NCBI GenBank assembly: GCA_951406725.2
Contig: OX597816.1
Coordinates: forward strand, 83,638,001-83,702,000
Source: Octopus vulgaris
Lineage: Eukaryota
Reading direction: 5' to 3'
DNA: 64,000 bases
Shown here: positions 40,048-53,479 of the stretch, one piece after another
Layout of the letters: every line of letters starts with the position of its first letter
Position numbering within the stretch: position 1 is the first letter of the stretch
Translations under genes and position numbers: made by a program
The notes under the pieces: model-generated
What the model was told of the DNA's origin: nothing
Databases searched by the model: none
The model's input: only the letters and a program-made list of their open reading frames with translations

Positions 40048-40480
40048 AAAATAATACATATGTGTGTGTGTGTCTACTTATGCATCTTCATGTATGCACG
40101 CGTGTGTATGTAACTTATATATATATGTCTACGTACAGAAGTGATGGGAGTTTTACTCAAGTTTCATGAATGAGACAAGACGAATCTATTAACACTTGAA
40201 GATTTGCTTTCTATAAAAGCCGTTAACCCAATTACTCGGATTTCTTAAAACATCTCAGAAATACGGTCTCACGCCCTCTTCCACCCATCTCATTCCTGTT
40301 CCCTTGATCTGCTTCATTGCCTTGAGTGGTGCCCCCGTGATACAAAACAGATACCTATCCTGACTTCAGCGTTGCTTTCTTAATTGCTCTCTGTTTGGCT
40401 GTCTGTGCGTCTGTCTGTATTCTTGGCTATCAGTCTACGCATCTAATTATCTGCCTACAATTTATCTGTTGGCTTATTTC

Positions 40481-40582
<102 letters not shown>

Positions 40583-40760
40583 GCATGTCTGTCTATCTAC
40601 TTACGTCTGTCTATCTATCTATCTTTCTCTCTCTGTCTCCTCCTCTCTCTTTATCTATATATATCAAACAATTCAATACTCTCTCTCCTTCTCCTCACCT
40701 CTTCCTCTCTTCCGGCAACTCTTGCTTTTCTGTTTCTAATTCATGCACTCTTTTGCACAC

Positions 40761-40809
<49 letters not shown>

Positions 40810-40810
<1 letters not shown>

Positions 40811-41287
40811 CTGATTGGAAGTGTGGAAGTGTTATCATGTACATTGCTTTGTCTTGGTATAAAAGGTGGGCTATAGCATATATTCTGCTCAATACTACAG
40901 ATTTGCTAGTCAGTTGTTTGACCTTAATCTGTTGAATATGTCCATTAGTGGCTGATGATATGTGTATCTTGAGCAGAAGTAGTGGGGGAGCATCATAGCT
41001 ATGTATTGCGGGGAGTTATTTGGAGTTTGGATAAGTATCCTTAAACAACCCTCATTCAGGGACCTTTTGAGCAGGATGGGCTACACAACCTGAAGAAACA
41101 TCTAACTGGGCCCCACCTGCAAGGTCGTGCGCTGTTAATCTTAATATGAGATCACTATGTCGCACACATATGGTTGTGATGCATGTGGCTAGTATACCCT
41201 TATCGGACGGGTAGTCATGATGTGTATACTGGGCTTCGTACATTTTACTCTAGTGTCACTTTGATGGTATGCATTGCTCTCTCACTC

Positions 41288-41288
<1 letters not shown>
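40810..41288 (+). mobile_element. Non-coding retroposon (family E) embedded in an (AAT)n tract
   Basis: Flanked on both sides by (AAT)n. Its 40900-41167 part is homologous to 35893-36188. Orientation is inferred from the AAT tail. Confidence 0.65.
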
Positions 41289-41358
<70 letters not shown>

Positions 41359-41496
41359 TAATAATAATAATAACAACATTGTAAAATCAGATGAGACTAA
41401 CAAAGAACCACAAATAAGTATGGGAGACTGAAAAAGATGGAGAGAAAAATGTGTCAGATCAGCCTATATACTGCTATAAAAGTATCCATCACTCTG

Positions 41497-41596
<100 letters not shown>

Positions 41597-42339
41597 CATA
41601 CATATATATTGCATATATTTGAAAATAGATGTGTGTCTCTCTATATATACACCATTGAATATATACCTACACACACATACATCCCAAATTATATCCATAC
41701 ACAATACACACACGCATGTATAAATATTTGCATGCATACATACACATATATATAATCATATATAGATATAAGATATATGAACATATATAATCATATATAC
41801 ATATATAAATTTATATACCAGCACACATACACACGCACGCACGCTATAAGATACAAATGCTCACATAAGCACATATGCATATCAAGTGTGTTATCGGATA
41901 AAGTTCTATTAGCAGCCACGGCAAAGTGAAGAGCTAAGATATCAGACACAACCTATTATAAATATACCCAATAGAATATCTAGGAGGACTGATGCTATTT
42001 TATCGTCTTATAAATCTCAACGAGAGCAATTTGGCTTGAATGCAGGAAATGAGACGAAATACACAAGAATCTACTGGATTCTACACGGATATTTAATTTC
42101 TTCAGATGCTCTTGTTTTTGTTGTTATTCAGGTATCATGTTTTCATTCTTAATGCTTTGTTGTTGTTGTTGTTGCTGTTGTTGTTGATGGTCCGAATTAA
42201 ATGTGTTACTGTAATAGCTTCTGATAGACTGGATTCTATGGCAAGTTTAATTTGTAATATGTACAGCTAGGTTCTTTGCCTTACAAACAAAACGCCACGC
42301 GCGTGCGCACACACATAGACACACACACATGTGTGTGCA

Positions 42340-42438
<99 letters not shown>

Positions 42439-42446
42439 ATGTTATT

Positions 42447-42615
42447 TTACAACTGTTTCTGCTATATGATGTGGTAGATTTATAGTTAGTACCTGAGTAA
42501 CACATTACAGTTTCTCTTTTCTTATTACCACTCGCATACGTATATACGTACTTGCATACGCATATTGAGTTCTACATCGCAATGCTTAAGTGAAATATAT
42601 ATATATATATGTGTG

Positions 42616-42669
<54 letters not shown>

Positions 42670-42839
42670 CACACATATATATATATATATTTCACTTAAG
42701 CATTGCGATGTAGAACTCAATATGCGTATGCAAGTACGTATATACGTATGCGAGTGGTAATAAGAAAAGAGAAACTGTAATGTGTTACTCAGGTACTCAA
42801 CTATAAATCTACCACATCATATAGCAGAAACAGTTGTAA
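42447..42839. repeat. ~393-bp near-perfect palindrome centred on (TA)15
   Basis: The arms are exact reverse complements apart from one 1-nt indel. Symmetry continues through the central microsatellite, with the axis at 42642/42643. Confidence 0.95.
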
Positions 42840-42906
42840 GCCAATAACATTCATATAATCGTTTATTCTTTTGTCATCTTTTCCTTCTATCTATCAATCA
42901 ATCTTT

Positions 42907-42992
<86 letters not shown>

Positions 42993-43051
42993 GTCTGTCT
43001 GTCTGTCTGGTGTCTGTTTGTCTGTTTGTCTGTCTGTCGTGCGCGTATTCA

Positions 43052-43199
43052 CGCGTGAGTAGCTGTGTGGTAAGTAGCTTGCTTACGAACCACATGGTAC
43101 CGGGTTCAGTTCCACTGCGTGGCACCTTGTGCAAATGTCTTCTACTATAGCCTCGGGCCGACCAAAGCTTTGGTAGACGGAAACTGAAAGAAGCCCTTC

Positions 43200-43255
<56 letters not shown>

Positions 43256-43489
43256 GTGTGTGTATGTGTGTGTATATGTTTGTGTGTCTATGTTTGTCGC
43301 CCCAAACATCGCTTGACAACCGATGCTGGTGTGTTTACATCCCCGTAACTTAGCGGTTCGGCAAAAGAGACGGATAGAATAAGTACTGGGCTTACAAAGA
43401 ATAAGTCCTAGAATCGATTTGCTCGACTTAAGGCGGTGCTCCAGCATTGCCACAGTCACATGACTGAAACAAGTAAAAGAGTAAAAGAG
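43052..43489 (+). mobile_element. SINE family A, full length
   Basis: Head, CORE-like segment, internal (AT)n(GT)n and tail GAAACAAGTAAAAGAGTAAAAGAG. Confidence 0.9.
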
Positions 43490-44020
43490 ATATAGATACA
43501 TATGCGTTTTTGTTTGAGTGTGAATACGTCGTCTGGAGCTCGGAGAGAGGTACACAAATCGTAGTTTCGCATCCTGGAACGCCAGTACATTGTGTCCTTG
43601 ATTGAGGTACTCTGTTTCACGTTGCTTCAGTCTGCTCAACTGAAAATGGGTACCAGCTGCGTAATGGTGCAGCACTTTTTTCTTCCAGCTCTTGCACCAT
43701 GAATGATCCATTGTGTCAAAGATGCGAGAGGTGAAAGGGTGTCTGTGACTTATTGGCACGGAAAGCAATTATTGAGAGCACGGTATACTTGTACACATCT
43801 ACATACGTATTTCTGTAAGTGTTTCTCTTATAAATAAACCAAAAGGCTCTAAATCCATAATGTGGAGCTTATATTTGTTGAAAATTATACAGATGATTTA
43901 TTTCTTTGTTATTTGATACTAAATGTTTTTAAGCGTAAAATATTGCGTTGCCAATCGTAAATCTACATATGTGCAAATAATTCCAAATGGGACATTGTAG
44001 TGAATCACACATTGATTCTC

Positions 44021-44058
<38 letters not shown>

Positions 44059-44479
44059 TTAAGAGACAGATTGTGTGTGCTAAGAGAAAGATTGCTGCGC
44101 TGAGAGAAACAAAAAGAAAGCAATAAGATGTTAGACAACTTTGATTTGTTTTATATAACCACCAAAATGTTAAATTGTTAACTGGGTTCTTACATCGTCA
44201 GCAAGCTACATGTTCTCCTCGTAGTGGATTAAATGAAATCTAATAGTTGGCTAGAACTTAATTTATCGTTGTAAGAATCTGAAAAGACGAAATTTGGAGG
44301 AAAATTTATTGAGAACATCACAAGACGTTCATTAACAATGGTCAGCAATCGCTACTTCGCGGACTTTATTTGGCCGTAATTAATGATTTCTTATCAAAGT
44401 AAGGTGTCTTAAAGTTTGGATTGTAGTATAATGCTTAGACCGATTCCTATATCTAAACGGTGCCAATAGTTGCCATCTC

Positions 44480-44865
44480 TAAGGCAGTTAGCTGTCAGAA
44501 TAGGTAATACACCAAGTAGCGACATTTCGTCCGCCTCTACGTTTTGAGTTCAAATTCCGCCGAGGTCGACTTTGCATTTCATGCTTTCGGCGTTGATAAA
44601 GTAAGTACCAGTTGAAAACTGGGATCGATTACAGCCTCTCACCCAAACTTGTTGACTTTGTGCCAAACTTTGAAACCAATATATGCCAACTCAAATCGAC
44701 GAGTTGGCAGAATCGTTAGCACGCCGGGCAAAATGCTTTGCAGCATTTCGTCTGTCTTTACGTCCTGCGTTCAAATTCCACCAAGGTTGTCATTGCCGTT
44801 CATCCTTCTGGGGTCAATAAAACAAGTGTCAGTTGAACCCTGGGGTCGATGTAATCAACTATCCA
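44480..44865 (+). mobile_element. Two tandem family B SINEs
   Basis: GAGTTCAAATTCCGCCGAGGTCGACTTTGC and a second head GAGTTGGCAGAATCGTTAGCACGCCGGGC at about 44700. Confidence 0.8.
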
Positions 44866-45221
44866 TTTGTCTCTCCATTTATGTATCCAACTATCTATCT
44901 AGCCAGCCAACTTTCCACCTATCTATACATTTCCATCTACCTATCTATCCACTTCTTCCTTAACTACTTCCCTCCCTCCTTCGCTTTCTCCCTCTCCACA
45001 CTTTCTCACTCCCTCACTGTCTCTCTTCCTACCAGTCTACTTACCCAGTGCCAGTTGAACACTGGGGTCGTTGTTATCAACTATCCACCTCCCCCGAAAT
45101 TATTGGTCTTGTGCCAAAATTTGAAACCATTATACACGAGGATTTCCAGTTTAACCATAAGGTCACAAATTCATTCGTAGTATGGGAATCAGAGCCCTGG
45201 CAGCAAGCAGTATTTAAACTT

Positions 45222-45457
45222 CTTCTTAATCCTTTTTGCCCCATGTGGAGCATAAGGCCTCAACAGTTGTTTTCCACTCTTTGCAGTCTTTGGCGTGTTT
45301 CTTGGCTGCTTCCCATGTCAGGCCGGTGGTCCTGAGCTCATCCAAAATGCTCCGCTTCCATGTCTGCTTCGGGCGTCCTCGCTTTCTTTTCCCTTGCGGG
45401 TGCCAGTCAAGTGTTTGTCGTGTCATATTTGAGGGTTCTTTCCGCAGTGTGTGTCCG
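45222..45457 (-). mobile_element. RTE-clade LINE, 5'-truncated 236-bp insertion with TSD
   Basis: Open frame GHTLRKEPSNMTRQTLDWHPQGKRKRGRPKQTW...WKTTVEALCSTWGKKD* (RTE C-terminus GH..R...W.P.GKR.RGRP). Short (GAA) tail. Perfect 13-bp TSD AGTATTTAAACTT at 45209-45221 and 45458-45470. Confidence 0.92.
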
Positions 45458-45587
45458 AGTATTTAAACTTAGATCGTGGCAAAATAGCACAGGGTATTTA
45501 GCCCGACATCCTACCGAATCTACCATTCCGCTGCCCTCACTAATAAAGGACGACAGAGACTCGCGTGCGCAAATACACACATACACA

Positions 45588-45653
<66 letters not shown>

Positions 45654-45936
45654 GATTCAAACATACATATGAGCAGAAAATTATGAAGAATACAGTGGGC
45701 GTACTTTTGTTTATATATAATTCTGTTATTCAAACAACCGGCTGTACTTGGATTTCTTTATAATGGGGAAGAGAACAATCTAAAGAGATCTGGCTGATAC
45801 ATACATACATGCATACATGCATACAGGCATACGCACATACATACATGCATACGTATTCATACACACACATATATGTATGCATGTATATGTAAATGCATCT
45901 ATATCTATACGTATATATATTACTGTGTACAATATT

Positions 45937-45982
<46 letters not shown>

Positions 45983-46182
45983 TCACACACACACAAATAC
46001 ACACACACAAATATACACATACAGATATACACACGTGCTATAAATATGCGTATGTATATACGCATGCATGAAATTCATATATACATGAACACAAAAATTA
46101 TATAACAACTTCAATTACAAAAACTATATATACTTCAGATTTTACTGCTGCTGCACCTACAACAACAGCAACAACAACAAAA

Positions 46183-46228
<46 letters not shown>

Positions 46229-46508
46229 ATTGAGATATTGCGAGGCTTGATTCATACCACAGGTAAATAATTAAACATAAATTAAAAAACGAAACCATGC
46301 TGTGTATATATGATATATATAGTAATCTTATACGTCTGAAGACCCAGAGAAACACTTATACACAGAGGCACACACACGTATACGCTTATTTTTATGTTTG
46401 TGCGCATGCATATGTATGTGTTTTTCAGGGACTACGAATGTATAGAAATATACATACATACATATATACATACATACATAGATAGATACATACATACATA
46501 CATACATG

Positions 46509-46539
<31 letters not shown>

Positions 46540-46749
46540 ATACATACACATACATACATTCACACACATACTAATATATACATATATATTAGTATATTTA
46601 TATGTTAGTACGCACCTCCGTACGTATGCACATATATGCATGATTATATAAATCTTTGTATAACTAAGTTTGAATACAAACACACACATAGTTTTACACA
46701 TATACACTCACATACGTACATATATGTGTGTATATCAAACGCATGTATA

Positions 46750-46784
<35 letters not shown>

Positions 46785-46799
46785 TATATAACGATAAAC

Positions 46800-47091
46800 G
46801 TCGCCCTTTTCAAGCCTAGCCAGGCTCATGGGCCCGGTTTCTGTGACGTATGTGTTCCCCCCAGCTAGACGGGACGCCAGTCCATCGCAGCGTTACTCAA
46901 GAAACATGAAGAGAGAGTGAGAGAAAGTTGTGGCGAAAGAATACAACAGAGGTCACCACCACCCCCTGCCGGAGCCTTGTGGAGCTTTTAGATGTTTTCG
47001 TTCAATAAACACATACAACTCCCGGTCTGGGAATTGAAACCGCGATCCTCCGACCGCGAGTCCGCATTGCTAACCACTGGGCCATTGCGCC
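46800..47091 (-). mobile_element. SINE family C, full length
   Basis: Minus strand GGCGCAATGGCCCAGTGGTTAG...GGTTTCAATTCCC (A and B boxes), body GCTGCGATGGACTGGCGTCCCGTC. Homologous to 26617-26778. Confidence 0.88.
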
Positions 47092-47615
47092 TACGTGTGT
47101 GTGTGTGTGTGTGTGTGTATGCTTGTATATAAAACATACATTTGCATATATATGCAAAAGTAAGCACATCAAAGTGTGAGTGCATGTGCGTATAAATGTG
47201 TGTATGTGTGTGTGCGTGTGTTTGAATATGAGAGACTTGCGAGTGTGTGCAACAGAAATGTGTGCAACAGAAATGCAGAATCTAAAATGGCGGTTGATAT
47301 GTTACGTATGCATACATATTCAATAACAATAAGAAGTGAAAATTGAAATGGGTGTGAACAGAATAATTCTGTCTGTCAGTTATTGTCGGTCTAATATTAT
47401 ATTGCAACATAAATAATTAGAAATCACGTGATAGGGAAACACGGGCACGTGATGGCATAGTATACCACTACACTTTCAGGTTTTGTCCGTAAATATGTGC
47501 ATAGATATATAATGAATATATATTACGTGTGTATACGTATATGTCATATATGCATACATACATACTGACATACATGCATATATATATGTGTATATACATA
47601 TATGTACGTATGTAT

Positions 47616-47681
<66 letters not shown>

Positions 47682-48001
47682 ATACATACGTACATATATG
47701 TATATACACACTCGTACCTGTATATCTGTACGTATGCATACGCAGTTATACAAATAAATATATGTGTATATATACACAAACACGCACACACATTCATATA
47801 CACATATATCCATTTGCTTCTCCATTTATGCATCCATCCAGCCAGCCAGCAAGCCAGCCATCTTTCCATCTATCTATAATATTTCCATCTACTTATCTAC
47901 CCACATACGTTCTTAGCTTCCTCTTCAACCACTTGCCTCTCTCCTTCACTTCCTCACTCCTTCACTATCTCTCTTCCTCCCAGTCTACTTACCTACCTAC
48001 A

Positions 48002-48075
<74 letters not shown>

Positions 48076-48544
48076 CCTATCTATCTATCTACGTATTTTA
48101 CATTTATAAACTTGCTTTTACTCAAGATCCATCGTATAACTTTACACTTTGCTTGGGAAAAGAAATCTCCGATTTCGATGAACGTTACAAGAGATTTCCG
48201 GTCTTATCTTTAGGATCAAGTGATTTTAGTGCCGATAATTATCGATGTTTTCTTTTTGGCGATAATTCATTGGAATTGTGTGTGTCTGTTTCTCATTTCT
48301 TATCAAATGTCTATAATTATTTTGACGGTGCACGTCAGGTTTTCTTGCTAAACCGGAAATATTTTGGAAAATGGCGTCTACTGCTTGCCTGCTCTTAACT
48401 TGCACTATTATATATCGAAATATGGTACTATTGTTTTCTTGTTATTAATAAAACTGATTTTATTAATTTCTAACAAATTACTTTTTTTTTGTTTGTAAAT
48501 TTATTGTTAAAAATATTAAATTTTTTACGTCTATTTTTTATCTT

Positions 48545-48950
48545 CACCTTTACTTCTTTCTGTCATTTGACTGCGGCCATTCTGGGGCACTGCATTGAAG
48601 AATTTTTAATCGAATGCATTGACCTCAGTACTTACATCTTTATAAACCTGGTATTTATTCTATCGGTCTCTTTCGCCGAACCGCTAAGTTACGGGGACGT
48701 AAACACAAGAGCGCCTGTTGTCAAGCGGTGGTGAGGCGACAAACACAAACAGAAAAATACACACACACACACACACACATAAATATACGACGGGATTCTT
48801 TCAGTTTCCCTTTACCAAATCCACTCACAAAGCTTTGGTCAGCCCGAGGCCATAGTAGAAGACACTTGCACAATCTGCCACGCAGTGGGACTGATCCCGT
48901 AACCATATGGCTGGGAAGCAAACTTCTTACCACACAGCCAAGCCTGCGCC
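48545..48950 (-). mobile_element. SINE family A, full length, diverged
   Basis: GCCGAACCGCTAAGTTACGGGGACGTAAACAC...CCACTCACAAAGCTTTGG...CTTACCACACAGCC. Confidence 0.88.
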
Positions 48951-49071
48951 TTAATCTATGTTTATAAAATATCTATATTTTATAGGCTTTTAATTTATAT
49001 CTATAACAAGAGAATATTATTCAAACATCTTGTAGTCTTGGTAGACAAGAAATCTATGAGATAATATCCAA

Positions 49072-49237
49072 CATATCCGGTAAGTTCACCGTCATCAGTT
49101 CACTGTTTTTTTTTCTTTCAATAAAATTGTTTTTAACTATATATGATGAGCTGCCATGGATGCATTTCCTCGATAAACTTTCCCCCGCGGTGAACTTTCT
49201 CCACGGTGAATTGATGGCGGTGAATTTACCTGTAATC
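49072..49237. mobile_element. Mutator-like MITE (166 bp)
   Basis: 9-bp TSD AATATCCAA (49063-49071 and 49238-49246). ~32-bp imperfect TIRs (25/32) built from TTCACCG/CGGTGAA sub-repeats. Confidence 0.75.
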
Positions 49238-49276
49238 AATATCCAAAGACGTTAAAGTCAAGATGGAATGGATATA

Positions 49277-49690
49277 CTCTTTTACTCTTTTACTCTTTTA
49301 CTTGTTTCAGTCATTTGACTGCGGCCATGCTGGAGCACCGCCTTTAATCGAGCAACTCGACTCCGGGACTTATTCTTTTGTAAGCCCAGTACTTATTCTA
49401 TCGGTCTCTTTTTGCCGAACCGCTAAGTGACGGGGACATAAACACACCAGCATCGGTTGTCAAGCAATGCTAGGGGGACAAACACAGACACACAAACATA
49501 CACACACATATATATATACATATATACGACAGGCTTCTTTCAGTTTCCGTCTACCAAATCCACTCACAAGGCTTTGGTCGGCCCGAGGCTATAGCAGAAG
49601 ACACTTGCCCAAGATGCCACGCAGTGGGACTGAACCCGGAACCATGTGGTTGGTAAGCAAGCTACTTACCACACAGCCACTCCTGCGCCT
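49277..49690 (-). mobile_element. SINE family A, full length, well conserved
   Basis: Complete copy with three CTCTTTTA tail units. Confidence 0.92.
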
Positions 49691-50618
49691 ATAAGAGGAT
49701 TCTCACAAAACAACAACAATAACAACATAAGCAACAAGAGCAAGTAAAATGAATGTAACACAAAATATGTACAAGAAACAAAGGCAGTCCAACAAACAAG
49801 TCAAACCGAGAAGCGGAAGCGAAATACGCAATCACCATGGAGCTAAATTAACTCGTCAGTATTCAAAGCAGGCAAAACTTAATAACCTTATCAACAATAA
49901 CAACGCCAATACATACGTAGCCATACAATACAACCACTGTAGACATAACCACAGTCAAGAAGCCACAGTCTACCACATCATAACCAAACTTCTCCACTCA
50001 CAGGAACACTTTACCGTGGATTTTAGTAGCAAAACTTCCACCACGACGTCTGAAAAGACATAGCTTATTCTAGCCAGACGCCATCGTTATTATAAATGCA
50101 TCGTTTTCGTAATGATTCTTGTCTATCTGTCTGTCGCTATGTATGTTATGTACGTATGTATGTATCTATGTATGTGTGTATGTATGTATGTATGAGAGTG
50201 TGTATGTCTGTATGCATGTATGTGTCTTCTATTTTTTAATAATCATAAATCTTCCACCGAAGCGGGAGCCGGTTTCCAACAGATACAAGTCTCCATCTTT
50301 GGGATGTATGTAAGTATGTATGTATGTATGTATGTATGTATGTATGTATGTATGTATGTATGTATGTATGTATGTATGTATGTATGTATGTATGTATGTA
50401 TGTGTGTATGTATGTATGTATGCATGTATGTGTCTATGTATATATGTATGTATGCATGTATGTGTGTATATTTGTATGTATATGTGTGTATGTATGTATG
50501 AGTGTGTATTTGCATGTATGTATGAATGTATGTCTGTATGTATATATGCATGTATGTGTACGTATGTATGTATGTATGTATGTATGTATGTATGTATGTA
50601 TGTATGTATGTATGTATG

Positions 50619-50663
<45 letters not shown>

Positions 50664-51110
50664 ATGTGTGTGTTTTTGAGTATGTATGTGTGTGTGTATG
50701 AATGTATGTCTGTATGTATATATATGTATGTATGCTTTTCGGTGTGTCTCTGAGACCTGGTCCTCATTACTATTACTCTTACCCTAATCTTTCCTCTCCT
50801 CCCCCTTTCTCTCGTTCTCATTTACTTTCATTTACTTTCATTCTCATCTTCATTCGTCGCATTCACTGTCTTCTTCTCTTCCCTTACTCCCGTCCTCGCG
50901 CCTCACTTTTCTTGTATATTAGATATGTGTGGGAATAAAATATGATGTATATATAAAACATTGCTTCTCGCTTAGATTTTATTCCCGGAATTTGTCTATT
51001 CTCGACTGCCATCATCTTCTCCTCCATCGCCGCCACTGCCACCGTCACCATCACCACTGCCACCACCACCATCATCGTGAACATCATCATCATCATCATC
51101 ATCATCTTCA

Positions 51111-51142
<32 letters not shown>

Positions 51143-53479
51143 ATCATCATCATCTTGATCATCACGACTACCGTTATCGTCGACGCTGCTGACACTAGCT
51201 CTATCACAACATCTCGCCCTTTCCACAACCACCCTCCCTCGCCCTCCCACCCATCACCACCAGCGTTCGCACCCCCATCATTAAGCATTATAACTAACAA
51301 CCCGCATCACCACATCGCGATACAAATAGTACCACCATCCCACACATACACGTTACCTCTGTCACCAGCTTCCTCACCCTCAGCGTCTAGCATTGCCGCT
51401 GCCATCAGGTCTGTCACAACACTTATAAACTCATCGCGTTCCCAACCACGCCCTTTCCACTAACATCTTCTTTCAGCATCATCATTATCATTATCAGTAG
51501 CACTATAACTAGCTACCCTCATTATCAGAAGAAACATCACCATCATTATCATCAGCAATATAACCAACTGCCGTCACCATCATCCTCACCACCACCAACA
51601 TCACCGTTGTGAACAATCTAACCAGCTACCCCCATCGTCACCATCACTATTGCAAATGGGAGAACCTCTTTGTGATCTCTTAAACGTGATAGAAATAATA
51701 GTCAAATCTCCGTCAATTTACATCATGTACTTAAAGGGTGCGTCGAATAATGTGACTTTGTGTTCCATACAATGAGGAATAAATCGGGATGCTCATGAAT
51801 GAAATGTACTTGATCATAAGTTTCATTGATGAGGTTGACCTAGGGTTAAACGACGATAACACGAAAAACCACCACCTTCGCTATCATTAACAATAGAACC
51901 AATTGCTTGGAAAATTACCATCATCATTATCATCGTTGATATCAATAATATCGCCACCTACCACCACCAGACCAAAGCAATCACCATTGTCATGCCACGT
52001 TGAAACCATCATCATCTATTACTACTATCGTTATGTCACCACTACTACTCGCAAAACCACCACCACCACCACCACCACCACTAACGTTATCACCACCAGC
52101 ACCATCACCAACACTACCATCACCATCACCACCTCCAACAATATTATCATCAACCACCACTACCACCACCACAACCACCACCAACACCACTACCACCAAC
52201 ATCACCACCAACGCCATTAACCACCATCAACCACCAACGTCAACACCAAAACCATCAACTACCACCACCACCACCACCACCACCACTACCACCACCACCA
52301 CCAACAACAACAACGCCACCACCACCACCACCACCTGTAAGTACTGCCGTAGACACCTCATTACCATCCTGTATCTTTAGCATCAGTTATAAGCACTCAT
52401 CCTTATTACCATCTCTAACAGCACCACAACCGCACCACCACCATTCTTATCACTACAATCATAACCGCACATCCTTTATCACCATCATCATAATCATCAT
52501 CATCATCATTTGCAATTCAACTGTCACCGACACTAAACTTTCAATATCATCTCCTCCAAGACGCCATGAACACTGCTGAAGTAAGTCTAATGTGATCGCC
52601 TGATCTGCTAGAAATAACAGCCAAATATCATACGGCAAATCGCGGGAAGTACTTATTAGAAACACTATCTCCGAGTAGAAGATGCGATGGACATGGCCAG
52701 AATGCTTTACAGGGGAGGTTTACTTATTGAGCACTGACTTGCGGTTAAATGACGACGACGACGACTACATCAACAACAACAACAACTACTACTACTACTA
52801 CTACTACCAAACCGCCACCGCCGCCGCCGCTACCTATACCACCACTGCTGCTACTATCACAAAATCATCCCCATCATGCAAATTATCACCATCACCACGA
52901 TCACCAACACCGCCAAACGCATCATCATCAAAAATCGCCATCATTATCGCAACTCAATAATGCCATCAAAATTAATCTTCGTTGCGTTTATCATTGTTAC
53001 CATCGTCGTTATTATTATCACTTAAATCAAAATCTTACTCTTACTCTTCCTCCTCGTCATCGTCATCATCATCATCATCAGCAGCAGCAGCAGCACCACC
53101 ACCACCACCACCACAACCGACGTGCTAGCCATCGTCCTTGCGTATTATGGTGTCCTTATCATCGGTTGTAATTTATCTTGCACCATAAATCTAAAAATAT
53201 GTTTTGAGTGTAAATGTGAATGCGCGTGCATGTGTTTGTGCGTGTTTGCATGTTGCCGAGTAGTCTGAGTCGCAGTCAAAAATACGTTGCTTGATTTAGT
53301 TTCGTACGATAGAGTCAGATTTAAGACTCTACCGATGGCATCATTGCTTATGATTAGGACATCGTTAAAGTAAAGTACGAAACAGAAGTACGTTTTTCCC
53401 TCTCGTTAGTAATTACGATCACGTGTGTGCGAGTGCACCAGCGTGTGCGTGTGTGTGTAAGTGTAGAATATGTATATAT

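Noticed and set aside
47020-47091. tRNA gene candidates (also SINE heads at 26617 and 3540)
   Set aside because: A and B boxes are present, but they are SINE heads continuing into repeat bodies and lack a closed acceptor stem.
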